Shown here piece by piece: positions 17,748 through 24,915 of a DNA stretch of 64,000 nt. This stretch comes from an uncultured Nitrospinota bacterium (GTDB lineage: Bacteria; Nitrospinota; Nitrospinia; Nitrospinales; VA-1): the NCBI GenBank assembly GCA_905612265.1, contig CAJQRI010000037.1, positions 26,268 to 90,267 of the forward strand, written 5' to 3'. Under the pieces are notes generated by a model that did no database searches, had not been told where the DNA came from, and saw nothing but the letters and a program-made list of their open reading frames with translations. Within the stretch, counting starts at the first letter, position 1. Every line of letters starts with the position of its first letter. The translations under genes and the position numbers were made by a program.

Positions 17748-19003
17748 GAAAAAAACTCAGCATCGTAGTTATTGGTTTTCTTGTTTTTGCTGCGTTCCCG
17801 TTAAAGGCGGAAGAACTGGTGGGTTTGGGTGAGTTGGATCGTTTGATACAGCTTCACTTGCCGAAAAAATATGAGGAGGGGGTTCATGGTCCCTCTAAAA
17901 AAGTTAAGCTTGTGCCCAAAGGTGAAGAAACTGTTTTTACCATTCCGGGATTCGATGTTTATGGTTGCGGCGAATGCCACCAACCAGAACAGTTATTGGG
18001 CAAGTCGATCGACCGGATGCGGAAATCACTGAATCGTCTAACCATTATTTCCCCTGAACTTCCTCCCCCCCCTTTAAAGCAATTCATTATCCAGTCCTGG
18101 TCGGATGAGTGGTTGCGTTCCGGTCAGTTTGCACACACCACTTTTGACACGATCCGAATTTTCCCTGCTGCGATTTTGGTTGACAGTAAAGTGTATGGAA
18201 ATGCTACGCACTTGCATGAATCTTTGCATTTAACCCAATCATTTTTGGGTATGGCAAATGAACTTGAAGCGTATGGGTTGAATGTCCGGTCTGATCCTAG
18301 GTTTCTGATTTTGAATTTTCCGTATTTTTCTGACACGGTCACATTTTTTTTTATTCCAGAATTGCCAGATATTCTTAATCGATTTTTTGCCCGCGAGGTG
18401 AAACAAGAGGTGACGGTTCCGCAAGAGGTACAGTGGTTTTTGATGGCGTTTGAGGACGACACCCTGAAGAAAATAGCAGCAGCAATAAAAAAAATGGAAA
18501 CGGTTTTTCAGGAGGTGTCGCGTCTGAATCGGAAGTATCCGATAGAGTCTGCATATCTAGGAGAGCAAACTCGCGCAGCTTCCTTATTGCTGGATATCGC
18601 AGCGGTTAAAGTTCTTCCACTTCCGCCTTTGGATCTGGATCCTGCTTCACTCAAAGAGGCATTTTCCATTCTGGATATACAGTTCAATAAACTCGACAAC
18701 ACTCGGCTGGGCTATCGTATAGACCGCAAGCATGAGGCTTTAATGATAATGACCTACCATTTGCGGTTGAAGGATCCGGCAGTCAGGCTGGGTATCTATT
18801 TTCGGTTTTTAAGGCAACGGTTCATCGGAGCAGATGGAGAAGTAAAACTGGTGGTACCCGATGCAGAAGATCTTAATCTGTATATTAAGGAGAAACGCCG
18901 TGACATCTCAAAAATGTCAGACTCCCTCAAATTCACTCCGATTGAGAAAGCAGGTGCATTAAGGATGCTGAAAAGTATTCCTACCACTACTGCAAGCGAT
19001 TAA
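17744..19003 (+). CDS. Secreted hypothetical protein with HExxH motif (putative zinc metallopeptidase-like)
   Basis: The track ORF starts at ATG 17663, inside the upstream gene. I prefer TTG 17744, which overlaps the upstream TGA as TTGA. This gives (M)RKKLSIVVIGFLVFAAFPLKA, a good signal peptide. It contains HLHESLHLTQ (HExxH). No family recognised. Confidence 0.55.
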   Translation: MRKKLSIVVIGFLVFAAFPLKAEELVGLGELDRLIQLHLPKKYEEGVHGPSKKVKLVPKGEETVFTIPGFDVYGCGECHQPEQLLGKSIDRMRKSLNRLTIISPELPPPPLKQFIIQSWSDEWLRSGQFAHTTFDTIRIFPAAILVDSKVYGNATHLHESLHLTQSFLGMANELEAYGLNVRSDPRFLILNFPYFSDTVTFFFIPELPDILNRFFAREVKQEVTVPQEVQWFLMAFEDDTLKKIAAAIKKMETVFQEVSRLNRKYPIESAYLGEQTRAASLLLDIAAVKVLPLPPLDLDPASLKEAFSILDIQFNKLDNTRLGYRIDRKHEALMIMTYHLRLKDPAVRLGIYFRFLRQRFIGADGEVKLVVPDAEDLNLYIKEKRRDISKMSDSLKFTPIEKAGALRMLKSIPTTTASD

Positions 19004-19661
19004 AAGGCAAGGTTTGCCAGTTCTGGGCACACGAAGCTTTAGGTGATCACCACGTCTTCACATGGCCTGTGTTGAGTATAGCGAGGTATTCAGAATGACA
19101 AGACAAAAACTATAGCATCGTCTTCGCGGGCCGCAAAAGGGTGCGAGGGTTCAGGTTTTAATGTTTCATTAAATTAAAGTTGCCGAACTACAGTGATGAT
19201 AGGCCGATCATAACCTTTTTTGGTTGCTTCGTCGGCAAGCTTTCTCGCAAAGACACCTCCCGAGTTGTAAATCACCCCAGACTAATCTTTAAAAAAGAGG
19301 CGCTCATTGAAGTTCCTTCTTGTCTTTACAAAGGGGGAACAGGGTTAGACGTTGAAAGACAAAATAAATAGGCTGAAAGAAGACTTGTTGAAACAATAAG
19401 CCCCCGCCTAGCGGAGAAATTTTTGCAAGTCGATAAAGCGAAGAGGCGAGATGCTTCGACAGGCTCAGCAGGACAATTTCTAACGGTTTTTAGGATATCA
19501 TTCTGAACGAAGTGAAGACGTAGTAACTCACCGAATCTTTCGTGCCTTGAAAGGGTATCTCGAGGTTATGCAAAAGCCTACCTAGCGGAAGGCACATATT
19601 AAGCCGAGTAAACAATTGCTGGCCGGACAAAGCTATTGCCAGCCAAACCCCACACCTGTGG

Positions 19662-20195
19662 TTAGAGTTTGCTGGCGGGGGTGACCATTGCTGGGCCTTT
19701 GACGTGATCTTCCAGAGTTTCGGCTTGTACTTTATCCTGCAATTTCATCAAAGCGTCAATGACCATTTCGGGTCTTGGTGGACATCCCGGAATATAAACA
19801 TCGACAGGTATGAGCGTATCAATTCCCATAACGGTGGAGTAGTTATCGTAGAACCCGCCCGAAACCGTGCACACCCCATAAGCGACTACCCATTTGGGTT
19901 CGGTCATTTGGTTATAGACCTTGGTGAGAATAGGGGCTTGTTTATGGCTGATGGTTCCAACGACCATGAGCAGGTCTGCCTGCCTAGGTGAAAAGCGGGG
20001 AAACGCCGCACCCATACGATCAAGATCGTACCGGGGACCGGCCACAGACATGAACTCCATTCCGCAACATGCGGTGATAAAGGGATAGATAAAGAAAGAA
20101 TATTTTCGTGCCCAGTTAATAGCCTGGGTCATTTGCGTTACGATCACATTGTTGCCAAGACTCATTTCTGTCTCGGTTCTGTATAATCCAGCCAT
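19662..20195 (-). CDS. nuoB: NADH-quinone oxidoreductase subunit B family protein (orphan)
   Basis: NuoB signature throughout: ACCGMEFMSVAGPRYDLDRMG, PRQADLLMVVGT, EPKWVVAYGVCTVSGG, IPGCPPRPE. All four N2-cluster Cys are present. The start is set at ATG 20195, with GGGAG 8 nt upstream; the track start is TTG 20210. No other nuo genes are nearby. Confidence 0.85.
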   Translation of the reverse strand: MAGLYRTETEMSLGNNVIVTQMTQAINWARKYSFFIYPFITACCGMEFMSVAGPRYDLDRMGAAFPRFSPRQADLLMVVGTISHKQAPILTKVYNQMTEPKWVVAYGVCTVSGGFYDNYSTVMGIDTLIPVDVYIPGCPPRPEMVIDALMKLQDKVQAETLEDHVKGPAMVTPASKL

Positions 20196-20457
20196 GCCAT
20201 CTACTCCCAAATTTAGGTTTATACCGCATCTTAAAATATTTTCAGCAAAAAATCCACTACTAGCCGTAGGGGCAACTGCAAATTCCTTTCTGACCGTACA
20301 AAGATGATCTCGACTTGATGAGCCTTGCTAGTTTTTTCATATAGGAGTGGGTTCTTGCCTGTAGGACTTAAACCAGTGTATAATCGCAAAATAAACAAGA
20401 GCTCAACTCGTAGCGGAAAATCCGTTCTGAGTTATAAATTGTTGGAGAAAGGGAATT

Positions 20458-21006
20458 ATGGATACCAGTGGCAACAAGACTGCCTTTGGCCAGGAAAGGG
20501 GCATGGCTGCAACCGAATCAATTGTTCGGATGAATTTGAGCAAAGATGGCAAAACTCTTGATCTCACTGCTACTTATTTGAAGGAATATGGTGCCAAGGA
20601 TATCGCTCGCATGGAGTTTCTGCGACCTTTAACGCATTTGGCTTTTGGGACAAATTTATGTGGTCCAAAAGGACTGAAATATATAGCCCAGTCTGAAGTA
20701 TTGGTTAGCCTGACTTCGCTGAATATGTTTTATAACCGGCTGGGTAACGAAGGAGTCAAATACCTCGCGGTATCAGATAACCTTTTGAGCTTACAGAACC
20801 TGGTCCTTACAGATAATGAAATTACTGATGAAGGGGCTTTGATATTAGCGAAATTTATGCCTCTTTTTACCAACCTTGTACGTCTCGATTTGCGACTAAA
20901 CAGACTTAAGGATGAAGGAAAAGATGCCCTCAAAGAAGCGCAAAAAATGTCTACCGTCAAACACCTGCTGTTAGATAAAGTAGAAGGCTTTCAAGTTAAA
21001 GGCTGA
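20458..21006 (+). CDS. Leucine-rich repeat protein, RI subtype (short paralogue)
   Basis: 182 aa with LTSLNMFYNRLGNEGVKYLAVSDNLLSLQNLVLTDNEITDEGALILAK... GGAGAAAGGG lies upstream of the ATG. Confidence 0.75.
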   Translation: MDTSGNKTAFGQERGMAATESIVRMNLSKDGKTLDLTATYLKEYGAKDIARMEFLRPLTHLAFGTNLCGPKGLKYIAQSEVLVSLTSLNMFYNRLGNEGVKYLAVSDNLLSLQNLVLTDNEITDEGALILAKFMPLFTNLVRLDLRLNRLKDEGKDALKEAQKMSTVKHLLLDKVEGFQVKG

Positions 21007-21101
21007 CCGACCAGCGGCCGGTGGCTATAGGGCGGTGAATCTGGCGCGCCCGCCAAGAAATATTTTGAGCTGCCAATAATTTACTGCCGTTACTACCTTG
21101 C

Positions 21102-21947
21102 CTAGCCTGATGGATTTAAGGTCACCTTTTCGTTGTCGAACAGTGGTTGAATATCTCCGAAATCTATCCCCGCAAGGTCCACACATTTCTGTATGTCGGA
21201 ACTTTGATAAATAATTTGCCATAACCGGTTGCCCATTTCCTGAAGATTTTCGAGTAGGGAATTAATGCCTTGAGGGTGTTGGATTATGGCGAACAGGTCA
21301 AGTTCTGCTGCTTTCCATTTAGTCTGAATTTTAAAAATATCCCGATACAGTTCCTGTTCATGCTCAATGAGCGGGAAGGTGCTTCTAAGAGGATGCGCCT
21401 TTGTCGAGTTTGGGAAAAGTGACTTGAACTCTTTTTCGATACGCCCTGCTTTCCAACTGGTGAACAGATACCCGGTTAGATTGCCGTGCAATACTGAAAT
21501 GGACTTAACAAGGTGCTGAACCCGGTCAATATGCTCTGACCGCATTTCATTTATTAAAACGGCGTTGGGGAAATCCTTATTGATTCGTTCCTTGATCAGG
21601 AAAAGGTTGGCATAAAGTTCCCGCAGTACCGAATTCAAATTAGCGATGGTAACGGGGTCATCTGGGGCACGGGTTTCCTTTAAGGAAATCGTTTCCACTT
21701 CTAAATCCCTTTGGGTTGTTTCGATATAATTGATTTGTGGGATATTGAGAAGGCTTTGAAAAATCTCTGGTGAAAGAGCCAGATTGAGACCAAACTGCTC
21801 CTGTATAAAATCACGGATTTTTCGGCATTTAACCACATCTCGGAACGTTACAACCGTTTGCTGCAAAGGTTCTCCTGTCTCCACAAAAGGTTCAACCGCT
21901 GTTTCCGGACCCAGCAATTTTTTTAATATTCGTTTAGGGTCACGCAA
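21102..21947 (-). CDS. Hypothetical protein (281 aa)
   Basis: Long ORF with ordinary composition and a TTG start in the track. No motif recognised. It is the last gene before the tRNA-Leu 5'-half copy. Confidence 0.5.
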   Translation of the reverse strand: MRDPKRILKKLLGPETAVEPFVETGEPLQQTVVTFRDVVKCRKIRDFIQEQFGLNLALSPEIFQSLLNIPQINYIETTQRDLEVETISLKETRAPDDPVTIANLNSVLRELYANLFLIKERINKDFPNAVLINEMRSEHIDRVQHLVKSISVLHGNLTGYLFTSWKAGRIEKEFKSLFPNSTKAHPLRSTFPLIEHEQELYRDIFKIQTKWKAAELDLFAIIQHPQGINSLLENLQEMGNRLWQIIYQSSDIQKCVDLAGIDFGDIQPLFDNEKVTLNPSG

Positions 21948-22178
21948 AAATTTATCCCTCCGACACTGGGCGTAGGGCCAGTTGTAATGGCTTCGATTGA
22001 CTGATAAACCTCTTCTTGGTTTATCAGGATATTACCTATATCGTATAACGAACGATTATAGGATTTAAACGGCGTTGATGGTTGGAATTTTTAAAGGAAA
22101 CTGTTAACATTCGTGTCGGCCAGACTCTGGTGGCCCCCAATTTCTGACGGAGCATTTTTGAAACGCGCAAACACCTGA

Positions 22179-22220
22179 GCCGGGGTGGCGGAATTGGTAG
22201 ACGCAAGGGACTTAAAATCC
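22179..22220 (+). repeat. Displaced copy of tRNA-Leu(UAA) nt 1-42 (5' half through anticodon loop)
   Basis: GCCGGGGTGGCGGAATTGGTAGACGCAAGGGACTTAAAATCC is identical to 24023-24064. Identity ends after the core and is followed by a second ACTTAAAAT. Confidence 0.9.
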
Positions 22221-22315
22221 ACTTAAAATAACCCTTCATTTAACATCTACACCCACTAAACCCATTATAGACAAGGGTTTCCCGACATTAAGGTGTTTCA
22301 GAAATCGTTCAAATA

Positions 22316-22339
22316 ACTCGTAGTAAACTCGTAGTATCG
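22316..22339 (+). repeat. Tandem ACTCGTAGTA pair (left copy)
   Basis: ACTCGTAGTA-A-ACTCGTAGTA-TCG, 96 nt after the tRNA 5'-half copy. It matches 23950-23974. Confidence 0.85.
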
Positions 22340-22404
22340 CTAGTGGATTTTTGAAGGTGATATTTTTTTCTATTTATTGTTATATTAACGATCGCCATCA
22401 ACCA

Positions 22405-23703
22405 CTAAATATTATTTTTTGATCGCTTTAATTTTTGCTTTTTAAGTGATTTTGCGCGGCTGTGACGGAAAGATTCTGTTTCAGACATACTTTCCAAATG
22501 ATCGGGGTTTACACAAGCTAGTTCCTTACAGTTCTGATGAATTTTAACTGTGCCACTTATATTGCCATAATATAAGAACCATGAAATATAATGCGCGGTG
22601 TGCATAGAACCGTTAAACCAGAACCTTCCATGTCCAGCTTTTTCAATTTTATCAGTCCAGAGCCAACAACCAGTGGTACTTGACTCTTTATCTACCTTTG
22701 AAAAAAACCTTTTTTTGTTTTTCTCATCTAGATTCTTCAACGGGTTCTTTTTTTTTCGTTTATCTTTGAAATTTTTTTGTTTTTCCAGCGTTTTCATTCG
22801 ACGAATGGCATCAGCCATAAGTTCTTTTCTCACTTTTTCTGAGAAAAGAAAGTCTTCATTTATATCTAAATATTTTGATTGCGATATCCCAGCATTATCT
22901 TTAAGGGTTACTTCCTTTAAATGATCAGGGCGTACACAAACTTTGACATCAGATTTATGGTGGATGGCATATCCATCAGGAAGTGATTTGTGTTCCAACC
23001 AATAAGAAAAACGATGAGGTCTTTGTCGGTGATTCTGATACAAAAACCTTCCATAGTTCATAAAGCCTTTTCCATCTGTAACTCCAAACCATAACCAGCA
23101 ACCATCCTGTGATTTGTCAACTTTCCCCCAAAAACGATCGATACTTTTTTTATTTGGATTTACCCATCCGATACCATGTCTATTTCCTTCTAATAAATTT
23201 GCTCTTTTCGAATTTTCTTCATTGGTTATTAGTTCAAGATGATCAACATTTATACATAAACGATTACCACATGTGTGATCAACCACCGAGTTGCCAACAG
23301 GACCAATAATCTTTTCGTAAGCGTAAATGTGTGCGTAAACATTAACTTCATCATTTTTCCATCTGAATTTACCATAACCATCCCTTATAGATCCCGACCA
23401 GACAAGACAGTGGGTCTGTCTGTCACGTGTCACCTCATTATCAAGATGCCATTTCCATGTGTCTTCAAAATTCTTAAAGTAAGGTCTTCTTTTTTCTTTT
23501 TTAATATTATTTTCTTTTAAAAAAAATTCATAATGGGTGTAACAAAGCTGGTGAGTGATATTTATGGTGGGTTTATCGCAGAGTTCAAAGCTACAGCTGG
23601 TGTGTTTAGAACGCAAAAGATTTCTATAATGTTTATTACATAATCCTCGACTATTTATAGGAAGGTTACACCCATCAAATTCACATTTTTTACGGGAATT
23701 CAT
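22405..23703 (-). CDS. Multi-domain HNH endonuclease: N-terminal Cys/His knuckles plus three tandem HNH-type modules
   Basis: The N-terminus has two C-x4-C...LC-x2-HY units (CEFDGC...LCNKHY, CSFELC...LCYTHY). Three modules of the phage/homing HNH type follow: HCLVWSGS..GYGKF...DHTCGNRLCINVDHLE, GCWLWFGV...HRFSY...HHKSDVKVCVRPDHLK, GCWLWTDK..GHGRF...HQNCKELACVNPDHLE. The start is set at ATG 23703; the track start is TTG 23754. Confidence 0.8.
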   Translation of the reverse strand: MNSRKKCEFDGCNLPINSRGLCNKHYRNLLRSKHTSCSFELCDKPTINITHQLCYTHYEFFLKENNIKKEKRRPYFKNFEDTWKWHLDNEVTRDRQTHCLVWSGSIRDGYGKFRWKNDEVNVYAHIYAYEKIIGPVGNSVVDHTCGNRLCINVDHLELITNEENSKRANLLEGNRHGIGWVNPNKKSIDRFWGKVDKSQDGCWLWFGVTDGKGFMNYGRFLYQNHRQRPHRFSYWLEHKSLPDGYAIHHKSDVKVCVRPDHLKEVTLKDNAGISQSKYLDINEDFLFSEKVRKELMADAIRRMKTLEKQKNFKDKRKKKNPLKNLDEKNKKRFFSKVDKESSTTGCWLWTDKIEKAGHGRFWFNGSMHTAHYISWFLYYGNISGTVKIHQNCKELACVNPDHLESMSETESFRHSRAKSLKKQKLKRSKNNI

Positions 23704-23949
23704 CTTTTGCTCAGTTTTGTAGAATAAATAGATCGATCTTAAAACCAGACCCAAAAACGAACTATAGTTCGTTTTTAAGATATAGTCATATTAAGGGTGG
23801 GAAAATGGAAGGGGAAAAGGGGTACCATAATCTATGACAATTTCGTAAAACATTGTATCTAAATGTCTAAGGTATAATTTTGTAATTATTTTTACCGATG
23901 AATAAACTATGGTAATATTACACGAATTTTAGGCAGTGAAAAATCAAAA

Positions 23950-23974
23950 ACTCGTAGTAGAACTCGTAGTATCG
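23950..23974 (+). repeat. Tandem ACTCGTAGTA pair (right copy)
   Basis: ACTCGTAGTA-GA-ACTCGTAGTA-TCG, 48 nt upstream of the intact tRNA-Leu. It is in direct orientation relative to 22316-22339. Confidence 0.85.
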
Positions 23975-24022
23975 TTAATCTTACTACCAAATAAAACCTG
24001 TAAGTCATTGTAAAATATGGTT

Positions 24023-24106
24023 GCCGGGGTGGCGGAATTGGTAGACGCAAGGGACTTAAAATCCCTCGAGGGTAACCTCGTACCGGTTCGATTCCGGTCC
24101 TCGGCA
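24023..24106 (+). tRNA. tRNA-Leu, anticodon UAA (class II, long variable arm)
   Basis: Folded by hand. Acceptor GCCGGGG/CCTCGGC with one G-U pair. Anticodon stem AGGGA/TCCCT with loop CTTAAAA, giving anticodon TAA. Variable arm CGAGGGTAACCTCG. T arm CCGG-TTCGATT-CCGG. Discriminator A. CCA is not encoded. Confidence 0.95.
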
Positions 24107-24116
24107 TTAAATAAAG

Positions 24117-24157
24117 AAAGGAGTTACGGCATTTTGGCTGTAGCTCCTTTTTATTTT
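24117..24157 (+). terminator. Rho-independent terminator after tRNA-Leu
   Basis: AAAGGAGTTACGGC / GCTGTAGCTCCTTT hairpin with two G-U pairs, followed by TTTTTATTTT. Confidence 0.6.
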
Positions 24158-24217
24158 AAGTGGTGAGATGTGTAATCTACGTGTAACTGGGCCAGAAAAA
24201 ATTGAGTGTCTGTAAAT

Positions 24218-24846
24218 TTAAACAGCCTTATATTGCCTTTCTAGTTTGTCCAGCTCCTTTTTGATATGTTCGCCATTCTGATGGGACTATTTGGCAACCA
24301 TCGCAAGATTTTTATGATCACTGACCCTCTGAACAGTCGGAAAATTTACGTCAGCTTGAACAAGTCGCGTGATGGCCGTTTGCCTCATAGTGTTAGGTAC
24401 TGCTTCTAATCCAGCCTCTTCTTCGGCTCGCTTGAAAGGCTCCATCATATAGCTTCGATGCTGTCTCTAGGGTTTCTTTGCAGGGAACAGAAACTCTTGT
24501 CCTGCTTCCAAGGACTTCATACGCTCCTCAAGAAAGTCTGTCAGGCGAGCAGTAATATGCTGCTCTCTAGCACCAGCTTTAGCCTTAGGAATGCAGATAA
24601 TTTGCTTGGCGAGGTCAACGTGCTTGACCTGGATAGATAGAACCTCTATATCCTCATTGAGGTGTCGAGGGCAATTTGTATAAAGGGCCAAAGGTCAGCA
24701 TCTCTATCTGCTTTGGTGCCCCGTATCCCGTATGACCTGATTCCCTTCGAATATCGAGGGATCTGTGCGTGCACGCCGACCCAAACCCTCCGCAGCCGCG
24801 TGGGGGGGGGGGTGCCGGCCAGATTGGTATAACCGATGTTAGTCAA
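24218..24846 (-). pseudogene. Tyrosine recombinase (phage-type integrase) pseudogene, N-terminally truncated
   Basis: Own translation gives ...LWPFIQIALDTSMRI / (frameshift) NEDIEVLSIQVKHVDL..IPKAKAGAREQHI...FLFPAKKP*RQHRSYMMEPFKRAEEEAGLEAVPNTMRQTAITRLVQADVNFPTVQRVSDHKNLAMVAK*SHQNGEHI. There are two in-frame TAG codons. The second occupies the catalytic Tyr position of the ...RYSH motif. The HxLRHT box is degraded to NTMRQT. The N-terminal third is missing. Confidence 0.8.
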
Positions 24847-24915
24847 CCTTCACCACGTAAGTTCGTCCGCACCAATCAGTGCTGAGGCCCATTTTAAATT
24901 AATCCAGTCGAAGAC

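Larger units (their letters stand above)
22221..24022. mobile_element. Putative inserted segment between the tRNA 5'-half copy and the intact tRNA-Leu (cargo: triple-HNH ORF)
   Basis: It is bounded by two identical 42-nt tRNA 5' segments in direct orientation. It is visibly more AT-rich than its surroundings. It carries ACTCGTAGTA repeat pairs near both ends. No recombinase lies inside. Confidence 0.45.

Noticed and set aside
22036-24107. ORFs 22036-22239 and 23907-24107 (minus strand) sharing ...SPLRLPIPPPR...
   Set aside because: The shared peptide is simply the antisense translation of the tRNA-Leu sequence and its 5'-half copy. It is not a protein family.
24218-24480. Two in-frame TAG codons in the integrase as possible programmed recoding (amber suppression or pyrrolysine)
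   Set aside because: The gene also has a frameshift, a degraded HxLRHT box and a missing N-terminus. Other genes in the window terminate normally with TAG-free logic. Simple pseudogenisation is sufficient.
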